This document shows, in pieces, positions 10,070 through 18,956 of a DNA stretch of 22,948 nucleotides. The DNA lies in assembly GCA_963788655.1 (NCBI GenBank), contig CAWBHS010000106.1:1-22948 (forward strand). Direction: 5' to 3'. The notes under the pieces were generated by a model, which did not search any database, was not told the DNA's origin, and saw nothing but the letters and a program-made list of their open reading frames with translations. Each line of letters starts with the position of its first letter. Position 1 is the stretch's first letter. Source of the DNA: an uncultured Verrucomicrobiae bacterium (GTDB lineage: Bacteria; Verrucomicrobiota; Verrucomicrobiia; Limisphaerales; JAFGQR01). The position numbers and the translations under genes are program-made.

Positions 10070-10229
10070 ACTGAGTTGTAACCGTTGACCTTTCTGGCAC
10101 GTCTGCAACTGTCAGCTAATACCGACAACATCATGCAAACAACTCAAACTCCCAGCCCTATGCTACCATGCTTGAAGCAACTCCCTCCCCCAGCCCCGTT
10201 AACTTCACCTCGCAACTCGACCTTCGAAA

Positions 10230-11735
10230 ATGCTTTCCACCTTTGGATTGCGGCATATTAGCCTTCGCGCTCTCCCTGTCTCCTCTGGCCACGCGGTTGA
10301 TCCGGTGACCGCCGCCCAGGCCCAACGTCCTGTTCTTAGCGGTGGACGACCTGCGCCCGGAACTCGGCTGCTACGGCAACACGATCATCAAGAGCCCCAA
10401 CATCGAACGCATCGCCCACTCGGGCGTGGTCTTCAACCGCGCCTATTGCCAGCAGGCGGTCTGTTCGCCTTCGCGGTCCAGCCTGCTGACGGGCACGCGG
10501 CCCGACACGACCAAGGTCTGGGACCTCAAAACGCACTTCCGCAAAGCACTGCCGGACGTGGTCACCCTGCCGCAGCACTTCAAGAACAACGGCTACTTCG
10601 TCCAGGGCATGGGCAAGATTTACCACGGCGGCTACAACGACGCGCCCTCGTGGTCGGTGCCGCTGGACCAACCCCAGGACCGAAACCTACGCTTCAGCCG
10701 GCAACCCAGGCGCTGGTGCAGAAGAAGCGCCAGAAAGCAATGGCGGCGGGCAAGAAAGAGGCCATGGCCTCCGCGGCGCGAGCAGAGGGCCCGGCCTACG
10801 AAGGCGCGGACGTGCCCGACAATACGTTCCATGATGGCGCGCTGGCCGAGATGGCGATTGCCGCGCTGCAGCGAGATCAAGCAGAACAAACAGCCGTTCT
10901 TCCTGGCGGTCGGCTTCATCACGCCCGCACCTGCCGTTCGTCTCGCCCAAGAAATACTGGGACCTCTACGACCCGGCAAAGATTCCGCTGGCGCCGAATC
11001 CGTTCCGCCCGAAGGGCGCGCCGGAATACGCGATTCTGGAAGGCGGCGAGTTGCGCAATTACGAAAATGTCCCCGCGTGGTCACCTGCCGGACGACCTCG
11101 CCCGGCGGCTCAAGCACGGCTACTACGCTGCGGTCAGCTACATGGACGCCCAGGTCGGGCGAGTGTTGGACGAGCTGGAGCGGCTGGGCTTGCGCGACAA
11201 CACCATCATCATCCTCTGGGGCGACCACGGCTGGAAGCTGGGCGAGCACGACGCCTGGTGCAAGCACAGCAACGTCGAGAATGATACTTGGGCGCCGCTG
11301 ATGGTCTCCGTGCCAGGCATGAAGAACGCCGGCAAGCGCACCGATGCGCTGGTCGAGTTCGTGGACATCTATCCCTCGCTGGCCGAACTGGCGCGCTTGC
11401 CGCTGCCCAGCCATCTGGAGGGCACCAGCTTCGCTGCCCGTGCTGCAGGACGTCAATCGCCCGTGGAAGCCCGCGGCCTTCAGCCAATATCCCGCGCCCC
11501 GTGGAGCGGCAGGCACCTCATGGGCTACACCATGCGCACTGACCGCTACCGCTTTACTGCGTGGATGAACCGCAACGACCATTCGAAAGTGGATGCCGTC
11601 GAGCTGTATGATCATCAGACGGACCCGCAGGAAAACGTGAACATCGCCAACCAGCCGGAAAATAAGGCACTGGTGAAGGAACTGACGGCGAAACTGAACG
11701 CGGGCTGGAAAGCGGCCCTGCCGCCGCGGTCGTGA
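10230..11735 (+). CDS. Iduronate-2-sulfatase-like sulfatase; frameshifted; start uncertain
   Basis: [19 protein letters not shown]...[24 protein letters not shown]...[11 protein letters not shown]...GKIYH in ORF 10342..; C-terminal [15 protein letters not shown]...[16 protein letters not shown] in ORF 10230..11735. Confidence 0.9.
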   Translation: MLSTFGLRHISLRALPVSSGHAVDPVTAAQAQRPVLSGGRPAPGTRLLRQHDHQEPQHRTHRPLGRGLQPRLLPAGGLFAFAVQPADGHAARHDQGLGPQNALPQSTAGRGHPAAALQEQRLLRPGHGQDLPRRLQRRALVVGAAGPTPGPKPTLQPATQALVQKKRQKAMAAGKKEAMASAARAEGPAYEGADVPDNTFHDGALAEMAIAALQRDQAEQTAVLPGGRLHHARTCRSSRPRNTGTSTTRQRFRWRRIRSARRARRNTRFWKAASCAITKMSPRGHLPDDLARRLKHGYYAAVSYMDAQVGRVLDELERLGLRDNTIIILWGDHGWKLGEHDAWCKHSNVENDTWAPLMVSVPGMKNAGKRTDALVEFVDIYPSLAELARLPLPSHLEGTSFAARAAGRQSPVEARGLQPISRAPWSGRHLMGYTMRTDRYRFTAWMNRNDHSKVDAVELYDHQTDPQENVNIANQPENKALVKELTAKLNAGWKAALPPRS

Positions 11736-13051
11736 TCCACCGGATGCCTATCGTGCTCGTCGCCGCGCTGTTCTTCTGCTTATCCGCGGCAGGCGCGGAT
11801 CCCTGGGTGGTGCTGAACGACGACGGCGGCTGGTGCTGGTTCGAAGACCCTCGGGTGGTGGTTGACGGAAGCGCGCTGATCGCAGGTTCCGTTGCCAACG
11901 GCAGCCGCGATCCAGACCGGAAGGGTGACATTGAAGTGGTCAGCTACAACCTTTCGGGTGGGACACCTGTGCGCAGCACGTTGCACAAGAATCTCCAGGC
12001 GGATGACCATGATTCGCCGGCGCTATTGCTGCGCCCCGACGGCCGCTGGCTGGCCTTGTACGCGAAGCACGGCAGGGAGAACCGCATCTATTATCGCATC
12101 TCCGCTCGTCCGCACGACGCGACTGAGTGGCAAGTGGAAAAGGTCTTCATCCCCAGCCCCACCACGCGGGTTACATATTCGAACCCGCACTTCCTCAGCG
12201 GCGAAAACCCGCCGCTGGGCCGCATCTACAACTTCTTCCGCGGCTACGACAACACCTCGAAGCCCTCCTGGATGTTCTCGGATGATCTGGGCGAGACCTG
12301 GAAGATGGGAGGCTTGCTGGTTGATTTTCCTGCCAAACGCAAGCACCGGCCATACGTCAAGTATGCCGGCAACGGCCGGGACACAATCCACTTCGCTTTC
12401 ACGGAAGGCCACCCGATGGAATTCGACACCGGCATTTACCACGCTGTTTATAGGGCCGGGCAGCTTTGCGACAGCGCGGGCAAAAGCGTGCGCGCACTGA
12501 CCAACGGTCCCATCCTTCCCTCGGAGGCGACACGCATCTTCGCCGGCGATTCGAATAACATCGCCTGGATTCACGGCATTGCCGTGGATGCGCAAGACCG
12601 TCCGCGATTGGTCTTCACCGTGCAAAAGAATGCCGCCGGCGTGCCCAAAGGCAAAGCCGGGCGGGACCTGCGCTACCACTACGCAACGTGGGACGGCAAG
12701 AAGTGGCGCGATGCGGAGATCGCTTATGCCGGCACCACGCTTTACACGGGCGAAGACGATTACGCGGGCGGCATCTACCTCCACCCGCGCGACCCGAGCA
12801 CGGTGTTTATCTCGGCCAATGTCAACCCAACCACCGGCAGATCACCCGGCCGCTTCGAAATCTACCGGGGCACCACCCGTAACCACGGCGCCACCTGGTC
12901 ATGGACGCCGATCACACGGAACTCCGATGTCGACAACCTGCGCCCGATCGTTCTGTCAACGCAGGACGACCGAACACTTCTGCTCTGGCTCCGCGGCCAC
13001 TACCGCAAATACACCGACTACGATCTCGAAGTTGTGCTGCAGCGGCTGTAG
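11732..13051 (+). CDS. Secreted BNR/Asp-box repeat (BNR_4-like, sialidase-type propeller) protein
   Basis: Signal peptide, DGGWCWFEDPR, DDHDSPAL, Asp-boxes SDDLGETW and TRNHGATW, RPYVKY. The GTG start overlaps the upstream stop (GTGA). Confidence 0.8.
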   Translation: MIHRMPIVLVAALFFCLSAAGADPWVVLNDDGGWCWFEDPRVVVDGSALIAGSVANGSRDPDRKGDIEVVSYNLSGGTPVRSTLHKNLQADDHDSPALLLRPDGRWLALYAKHGRENRIYYRISARPHDATEWQVEKVFIPSPTTRVTYSNPHFLSGENPPLGRIYNFFRGYDNTSKPSWMFSDDLGETWKMGGLLVDFPAKRKHRPYVKYAGNGRDTIHFAFTEGHPMEFDTGIYHAVYRAGQLCDSAGKSVRALTNGPILPSEATRIFAGDSNNIAWIHGIAVDAQDRPRLVFTVQKNAAGVPKGKAGRDLRYHYATWDGKKWRDAEIAYAGTTLYTGEDDYAGGIYLHPRDPSTVFISANVNPTTGRSPGRFEIYRGTTRNHGATWSWTPITRNSDVDNLRPIVLSTQDDRTLLLWLRGHYRKYTDYDLEVVLQRL

Positions 13052-13069
13052 CTGACGCGGAGCCGTTGT

Positions 13070-13113
13070 AGGCGCAAAAGGCTCAACAGAGACTCTTTGG
13101 TCCTGCGCCTTTT
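13070..13113 (+). terminator. Possible terminator or REP-like hairpin after the sulfatase-BNR operon
   Basis: AGGCGCA (13070-13076) pairs with TGCGCCT (13104-13110), followed by TTT. The loop is large, so the call is weak. Confidence 0.3.
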
Positions 13114-13209
13114 GGGAATGGGACGCCACTATGCAGCCCACGCGGCAGGCTGGCGGATCAACACACAAAAGCGCCAGAAACCCTTGCAAATAAAGGCTCC
13201 TTTAGCATC

Positions 13210-13265
13210 CACATCGGAGATACACCGGGGTATCCCCAGAGTGACAAGGGAGTATCACCGGGCAG
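13210..13265 (+). repeat. Degenerate 11-bp-period array, copy 2 (inverted relative to copy 1)
   Basis: Units CACATCGGAGA TACACCGGGGT ATCCCCAGAGT GACAAGGGAGT ATCACCGGGCA; 75% identical to the reverse complement of 4495-4550. Confidence 0.7.
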
Positions 13266-13411
13266 CCACGCAGTAAACAGCGTGCCGCAACGCCCAATGG
13301 CAGGCGGTAGTGTGCCGCGACTTGCGCCATCTTTGGAGTATTGTGAGACGCTGAACACACCAAGGGTGGCTTGGGGATGGCTTGCGTTGGCACGACGAGG
13401 AAATAACGGAG

Positions 13412-14415
13412 TGGGGGTGTCCCCATCACTCAACCAGCCCCAACCGCTTGGGGTTGGACAATCTGGGTGTAGGGACTTGGCGCCCATTGGACCGCTTGCT
13501 GAGCCAGCCGGTAAAACAGCTTGCCGCGTGAGCGCGAATTGCGGCGATTGAACCGAAAGACGAACTCGTCCAAATAGTAGTCCAGTTGTTTGGGCCGCAC
13601 CGCTCCCTGATGTGTTCCCAGCAACCAGCGCTTGAGCAGGCTGGCCACCCGATGGCACCGGGGTAGCAGGTTCTCTCCCAGTTCCAGGGACGGACGGACA
13701 ATCTCTCGTTCATAGCCGGCAGCAGCTAACCCTTGATAGCCATTCCAATCATCGGTGTGCACTAGGCTGCCCGGTTGCACCATCCCGATCACCGCCGAGG
13801 TTAACGGCGCTTCGGCGGCGCTGGAAACCCGCAGCAACCGGATGCGTCCGATCTTCTTTTCCCCATCCGCTTGGGCGGCAATCACCACCAGAGTCTTACC
13901 TGCCGCACCACGGCCTCGCTTGCCAGGGCGCTCGCCACCAATATAAGTCTCATCCACCTCCACCACTCCGGCTAAACGATCCCGCCCCGGACGCACCATC
14001 GCCCGGCGCAATTTGTGCAGACAGGTCCAAGCCGTTTCGTAACTGCCCCAACCCATCACCCGCTTCAGCCCCAAGGCACTGGCGCCATTCTTCTGGCTGG
14101 TGACGTGCCACATGGCCCGCAACCAAGCCCTCAGCGGTAAGCGACTATCCTGAAAAATCGTTCCCGCTTTCACAGACGCTTGATGGCGACACTGGCGGCA
14201 CAGCCAAAAACCACCTGCCATGCGCCAAGCTTCGGTGGCTTGGCAGTGCGGGCAGACGAAACCCGAAGGCCAGCGCAGCTTCGCCAAATACTCACAGCAG
14301 GCTTCCTCCGTGCTGAAACGCTGCTCTAAATCCATCAAAGTCATCGGATAATCATCAGCCATACAGGGGGACACCACTACAGGCAGGGGATGGTTGAGTC
14401 AAGGAGATACCCCCA
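13412..14415 (-). mobile_element. IS1595-family insertion sequence, 1004 bp, intact
   Basis: Left end TGGGGGTGTCCCCATCACTCAACCA (13412-13436) vs reverse-complemented right end TGGGGGTATCTCCTTGACTCAACCA (14391-14415), 21/25 identical. 8-bp target duplication TAACGGAG at 13404-13411 and 14416-14423. Confidence 0.95.
13430..14362 (-). CDS. IS1595-family DDE transposase with N-terminal Zn ribbon
   Basis: LRWPSGFVCPHC...CRQCRHQASVKAGTIF, VEVDETYIGG, VHTDDWNGY, YLDEFVFRFNRR. The stop lies inside the TIR. Confidence 0.95.
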   Translation of the reverse strand: MADDYPMTLMDLEQRFSTEEACCEYLAKLRWPSGFVCPHCQATEAWRMAGGFWLCRQCRHQASVKAGTIFQDSRLPLRAWLRAMWHVTSQKNGASALGLKRVMGWGSYETAWTCLHKLRRAMVRPGRDRLAGVVEVDETYIGGERPGKRGRGAAGKTLVVIAAQADGEKKIGRIRLLRVSSAAEAPLTSAVIGMVQPGSLVHTDDWNGYQGLAAAGYEREIVRPSLELGENLLPRCHRVASLLKRWLLGTHQGAVRPKQLDYYLDEFVFRFNRRNSRSRGKLFYRLAQQAVQWAPSPYTQIVQPQAVGAG

Positions 14416-14446
14416 TAACGGAGAACGGGGAGAGAGGAGGTGGTAT

Positions 14447-14462
14447 AGTCGGCATGCCGACT
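14447..14462. promoter_or_regulatory. Perfect 16-bp palindrome; candidate activator (enhancer) site
   Basis: AGTCGGCATGCCGACT is its own reverse complement and lies ~120 bp upstream of the sigma54-like motif. Confidence 0.4.
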
Positions 14463-14582
14463 CTTGGGCGGTATAGCGACTTGATCTGCCTCGGGGTTGC
14501 AATTGCTATCGGGGGCCAGTCTGATCCACAAGCGCCGTTGAGGCAGTGAGTTACGAACTAAACACCCGCGGTGATTGCGAGA

Positions 14583-14598
14583 TGGCAAGGTTTTAGCA
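14583..14598 (+). promoter_or_regulatory. Candidate sigma54 (RpoN) -24/-12 promoter
   Basis: TGGCAAG-GTTT-TAGCA vs consensus TGGCACG-N4-TTGCW: correct GG-GC spacing, 2 mismatches. It lies directly upstream of GTG 14611. Confidence 0.55.
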
Positions 14599-14610
14599 TT
14601 ACAAACGGGC

Positions 14611-14946
14611 GTGGAATTATCGACCCTACGAATCTTCCCGGACCGCATGCAGCGCCGGCAAGTGCTGAACATCCTCCGGTCGGTCCAGGGGCCGACACAA
14701 GTGAAACCTCATTGTGTTGCGGCGCGATTGTTTGAAGAGGACGGCTATGACGAGTCGATACTTTACGTGGAGTGCTGGGACTCGGAGGAGGAATTCGAGC
14801 GGCATGTTCGTTCCGATCTATACCGTAGAATCCTTGAGGCGATGGAGTTGTCACGGCAGGCGCCCGAACTGAACTTCCACCGGGTGACAGCGACGCAGGG
14901 AATTGAGCGGGTCGCGGCCCTGCGGGACGCAAAGGCAGTGATCTGA
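14611..14946 (+). CDS. Antibiotic biosynthesis monooxygenase (ABM) domain protein
   Basis: ~111 aa with PHCVAARLFE...ILYVECWDSEEEFERHVRSDLYR, the E.W.S...H pattern typical of ABM proteins. GTG 14611 preferred over TTG 14575. Confidence 0.8.
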   Translation: MELSTLRIFPDRMQRRQVLNILRSVQGPTQVKPHCVAARLFEEDGYDESILYVECWDSEEEFERHVRSDLYRRILEAMELSRQAPELNFHRVTATQGIERVAALRDAKAVI

Positions 14947-15066
14947 GGTGACTTTACTTTTGAGAAAATGAGTTACAATTACCAGTCGCCCGTTGGTGGA
15001 GTTTTTGGCGGCACCTCCTAAAGGCTGATATGCCTGAAGGTGGAAGGAATTACAAAGGAACCTGAA

Positions 15067-15468
15067 ATGAAACAAGAGTCTCGTTGGCTAGTCACACTAG
15101 CGACCGCCGTCGGCTTTTTGCTGCTGACCGGCTGCAACACCGTATCCATCACTTCCCACCAGTATCTGGGCGGCCAGACCTTCGCGGCGACGAACCCGGC
15201 CCAGGTAGAGATCCTCCGGACCGCGCCGACGCGTCCGCACGTGCGGCTGGGGGAGGTGCAGGCGGAACCATCCGGCAACAGCGTGGACAATGCGAAGATT
15301 GAGCAGGCGCTGCAAAAGGCCGCAGCAAAGATGGGCGCGAACGCGGTGGTGATCGTGGTGGACCGGACGCAGGTCGTGGCCGAGACAGTTACAGGTCCCC
15401 TGTGGGCGCGCTCGATAGACCCGGTTTCCGGCCGTGTCATTATCGGCATCGCCATTCGTTATCTCTGA
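15067..15468 (+). CDS. Hypothetical lipoprotein (YbjQ/RcsF-like 'AAKMGANAVVI' motif)
   Basis: Lipobox LLLTGC after a hydrophobic signal; LQKAAAKMGANAVVI...IIGIAIRY. Confidence 0.75.
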   Translation: MKQESRWLVTLATAVGFLLLTGCNTVSITSHQYLGGQTFAATNPAQVEILRTAPTRPHVRLGEVQAEPSGNSVDNAKIEQALQKAAAKMGANAVVIVVDRTQVVAETVTGPLWARSIDPVSGRVIIGIAIRYL

Positions 15469-15492
15469 TCACAGCTCAACAACCAAACGTAT

Positions 15493-16190
15493 ATGAAACC
15501 CACACGCATGAAGAACCTGCTGCTTCTAACTGCCGCCTTGTCGGCTTGCAGCGTCCTGCCCAGCCTGCAGGCGCAAGTCAAAAACGAAGGTCTGGCCAAC
15601 GCCATCATCGCCGCGCGACAGAAGAATGCGGCGCTGATGAAACAATACTCCTGGAGCTGCCGGATGGAGTTCCTGGAGAATGACACAATCAAAGACTCCC
15701 GGGTGGACATCGTCACCTATGGCCCCGACGGCCACCTTCAATACACTCAACTCAGCAACCAGGAGTCGCCCTTGCCGAGAGGTTTCCTGCGCAAGCGCAT
15801 TGCCGAACGGGAGCGCGAGAAGACGGAGGAATACATCAAGGGGCTGAGGGCGTTCCTGCACAAGTATACCATGCCCTCTGCCGGCACGATGATCGACTTC
15901 ATCAGCCAAAGCAACATTCCGGCGCCGGGTGCCGACGGCAACCTGCAGTTCACCGGCGGCAGCGTAATCGTCCCGGGCGATACCGTATCGCTGTGGGTCA
16001 ACGCCCCGACCAAGCAGACGCGCCGGCTGAAGGTCATGACGTTTTACAAGGGGAAGAGGTGACAATCTCCGCGTCCTTCAAGACCCTGAAGGATGGCCTG
16101 ACCTATATGGCGTTCGGCCAGGTGGATATCCCTGACAAGGGCTGGAGCATGCAACTGCAGAACTTCGATTACGTGAACCAGAACCAATGA
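15493..16190 (+). CDS. Hypothetical secreted protein; one frameshift near 16055
   Basis: Signal peptide. ORF 15493..16062 continues in the other frame as EEVTISASFKTLKDGLTY...QLQNFDYVNQNQ, whose stop overlaps the next ATG (ATGA). Confidence 0.75.
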
Positions 16191-18862
16191 GCGGCCCGTC
16201 GGCAAACCCGCCCAAGAAAAGCCGGGCAGCGGAGCGTTTGCTCTGCTGCCTGTTGGCGTGGTTTGTCTGGGCTGGCATCCAGCAAGTGCCCGCCGAGGCG
16301 CAGGATCTGCAGCCGAGCCAGAAGCTGGATCCGGCCGCGCTCCAGTGGCCACGCTCTTTCAGCACCAACGGCTACGAGTTCGCGGTCTATCAGCCCCAGA
16401 TCGCCAAGTGGCCGGGCAACCAGCTTGAAGGGCGCTTTGCGGTCGCGGTGCGGCCGGCTGGGACTACCAATGAAACGCTGGGTGTGGTCAGCTTTAAAGC
16501 CCGCACAGATATCGACAAGGTTAACCGGCTCGTCACGCTCGAAGACTTCCAGATAACGAAGGTGGACTTCCCGACCCACCGCGCGTTACAGAAGACCTAC
16601 CAGGCGCTGATCGAAGCCGAATTGCCTCGGGCCGCCAAAACCATCCCCTTGGATCACTTGGAGGCCACCTTTGCCGTGTCTGCAGACATTGAGAAGGTGA
16701 AGATCCAGAAGGTCGAGAATACACCGCCACGCATCATTTATACGACTCAGCCGTCACTGCTGGTCCAGGTGGACGGGCCGCCGGTTCTCAAGGCGCTCAC
16801 TCCCGGCTACGAACGCGTGGTGAATACGCGGGCTATTCTGCTGTTGAACACGAATATGCTCTTCCAGGGCTATTATCTCTACGCGGCAAGCAACTGGTAC
16901 AGCGCGCCCTCATTGGAAGGGCCATGGACGGTCAACTTCAGTCCGCCCGCGGATATCGGCACGGCCCTGAATGCAGCCATGGCTACGCACCAGGTGGATC
17001 CTGCTTACCCGCGCGCCCCGCAGGCAGCCCCGCCCGTCGTCTATGTAGCCACCACGCCGACCGAACTGCTGGAGACATCCGGCGTGGCGAACATGCTCTC
17101 CATCAACGGCACGGACTTGCTGTATGTCTCGAACACCGACCAGGCGCTCTTCTACTACATGGACGACGCCAATTACTACGTGCTGATTTCCGGGCGCTGG
17201 TTCAAGTGCCCGACACTTTATGGGCCCTGGAGCTTTGTGCCGAGCGCAAGTCTGCCGCCTGACTTCAAGAAAATCCCGCCGGACAGCCCGAAGAGCAATG
17301 TGCTGCTTTCGGTTGCCGGCACCCCGCAGGCGAAGGAGGCGGTCATTGCCAGCACGATCCCCCAAACGGCCACCGTCTACCGCGACAAAGCGAAGCTGAC
17401 GCTGGAATATGTCGGGGCGCCCACCTTCATTCCCATTCCGGGCACGTCCTTGTGCTACGCCAAGAACTCTGCGACCCCGGTCATCATGGTCAACAGCAAG
17501 AGCTATTATGCCTGCCAGGGCGGAGTGTGGTTTGTTGCCGGGAGTGCCACCGGGCCGTGGTCGGTCGCTGCCTCCGTGCCGGCCGTGATCTATACGATTC
17601 CGCCTACCTGCCCCGTCCACTACGTTACATACGTCTATGTGTACGGCTACACTCCCTCGGTCGTGTATGTGGGCTACACACCCGGTTACATGGGGGTGGT
17701 CGTCGCGCCCGGGGGCACGGTGGTGTACGGGACGGGCTACGTGTATCCCCCGGTGGTTGTGGGTACGACCTACGTGAGTTATCCCCCCACCTACGGTTCC
17801 GGCGCGTCTTTCGCCCTGGGCGCCGCGGTCGGCTTTGCCTTTGGCTACTGCGCGGGACACAGTTCAAGCTGTTATTACGAGCCGTACTACGGCTGCTATC
17901 ACTATACCTATCCCTACCATTACAGTTACGCGGCCTGCAACGTCAATGCCTGCAACTACTACGCACACTGGGGCACGGCGGCCTACGGCTCCGGCTGCTA
18001 CGGCTACAATCCTTACACCGGCACCGAATGGAAAAGCGGCACGGCCACCGCCTACAATCCCTACACTGGGACGCGCGGCACCGTGAGCGGCACCTCGACC
18101 TACAATCCTTACACGGGCCAGGCCACCGCCAGCCGGAGCGGCTCCGCCTACAACCCCTACACTGGAGCGAGCGCCTCTGGCCACGCTTCTGGCAGCGCAA
18201 ACGTCTACAGCGGCAACTACAACGCCAATCGGTCTGCATCCGGTTACAACCCCACCACTGGCCGAAGCGCCAGCGGCTCAGCCCACGTCTCCGGCAATGC
18301 CTACAATGGCAACTACAACGCGTCCCGCAGCGTAAGTTCCTCCGACGCTCGAACCGGCACCAGCTTCCAGAACACCACCACCGTCTCCGGCAATGCTCAC
18401 AACGGCACCGAATCCGTCAACCGCTCCGGCAGCGCGTCGGACTACAAGACCGGCAACTCGGCTTCCTGGAACAACGGTACCGTAACCGCCGACCGAAACG
18501 GCAACACCTATACCTACAACAAGGGGCAACCGGTTCATAACCAGGCGACTGCCGCCGCCGCGCATCCGGGCACTTATTCCTCGCCTGCCCAGTCGTCCTG
18601 GTCGGACCGAGGCGCATCGTCCTGGGGAAACAGCGCATCCTCCTGGTCTGACCGCGAGGTGAATGCGCAATCGACCGGCGCCCAGCGGTTCAACAGTTGG
18701 AGCCAAGCCGGCGGCGGCGGCTGGGGCAGTAGCGGGGGCGGCGACCACAGCAGCGGCGGCTGGGGAGGCGGAAGAGGAGGTGGTGGTGGCTGGGGTGGCG
18801 GGCGTGGCAGCGGCGGTTGGGGCGGCGGCGGCTTCCATGGTGGCGGCGGATTCCGGCGCTGA
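16187..18862 (+). CDS. Large hypothetical secreted/membrane protein with YNPYTG repeats and a Gly/Trp-rich tail
   Basis: Intact 891-aa ORF. Signal peptide, three W(F/Y)....GPW motifs, a hydrophobic segment, a Tyr/Cys-rich segment, YNPYTG repeats at 48-nt spacing and a GGGWGG tail ending GGFRR. Confidence 0.88.
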   Translation: MSGPSANPPKKSRAAERLLCCLLAWFVWAGIQQVPAEAQDLQPSQKLDPAALQWPRSFSTNGYEFAVYQPQIAKWPGNQLEGRFAVAVRPAGTTNETLGVVSFKARTDIDKVNRLVTLEDFQITKVDFPTHRALQKTYQALIEAELPRAAKTIPLDHLEATFAVSADIEKVKIQKVENTPPRIIYTTQPSLLVQVDGPPVLKALTPGYERVVNTRAILLLNTNMLFQGYYLYAASNWYSAPSLEGPWTVNFSPPADIGTALNAAMATHQVDPAYPRAPQAAPPVVYVATTPTELLETSGVANMLSINGTDLLYVSNTDQALFYYMDDANYYVLISGRWFKCPTLYGPWSFVPSASLPPDFKKIPPDSPKSNVLLSVAGTPQAKEAVIASTIPQTATVYRDKAKLTLEYVGAPTFIPIPGTSLCYAKNSATPVIMVNSKSYYACQGGVWFVAGSATGPWSVAASVPAVIYTIPPTCPVHYVTYVYVYGYTPSVVYVGYTPGYMGVVVAPGGTVVYGTGYVYPPVVVGTTYVSYPPTYGSGASFALGAAVGFAFGYCAGHSSSCYYEPYYGCYHYTYPYHYSYAACNVNACNYYAHWGTAAYGSGCYGYNPYTGTEWKSGTATAYNPYTGTRGTVSGTSTYNPYTGQATASRSGSAYNPYTGASASGHASGSANVYSGNYNANRSASGYNPTTGRSASGSAHVSGNAYNGNYNASRSVSSSDARTGTSFQNTTTVSGNAHNGTESVNRSGSASDYKTGNSASWNNGTVTADRNGNTYTYNKGQPVHNQATAAAAHPGTYSSPAQSSWSDRGASSWGNSASSWSDREVNAQSTGAQRFNSWSQAGGGGWGSSGGGDHSSGGWGGGRGGGGGWGGGRGSGGWGGGGFHGGGGFRR

Positions 18863-18956
18863 GCCCGCACTGTTTAGAATTTATGCAGCTCCGGTAACCC
18901 AGTTACCTGATAAAGTAATCAACCAAAAAGCAAACCAAACGAAAGGAAAAGACCAA

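Noticed and set aside
10095..10110. Sigma54 promoter TGGCACGTCTGC upstream of the third sulfatase
   Set aside because: The GG-to-GC spacing is 3 nt too short.
5113..11735. Programmed frameshifting or phase variation in the sulfatases
   Set aside because: The shifts are numerous, go in both directions, are not at consistent slippery sites and also hit der.
16..13050. Many long overlapping or antisense ORFs (e.g. 1233..2216 +, 3681..4460 +, 10632..11615 -, 12023..12784 -)
   Set aside because: They are shadow frames of GC-rich genes identified on the other strand or frame, and carry no motifs of their own.
13158..13713. ORFs spanning the left IS boundary (13158..13658 -, 13282..13551 +, 13202..13429 -)
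   Set aside because: They are chimeric read-throughs of IS sequence and repeat-rich flank with no protein features.
14575..14610. TTG start at 14575 for the ABM gene
   Set aside because: The extension overlaps the sigma54-like motif, and GTG 14611 gives a typical ABM length.
18005..18260. CRISPR-like regularly spaced repeats
   Set aside because: The repeats vary at third codon positions and lie inside an intact ORF, so they are protein repeats; no cas genes are present.
18663..18956. Long N-terminal extensions in the ORF track (18663.., also 20852.. and 5197..)
   Set aside because: They overlap neighbouring genes. ATG 18957 and ATG 21035 begin clear signal peptides, and ATG 5053 avoids overlap with the sulfatase.
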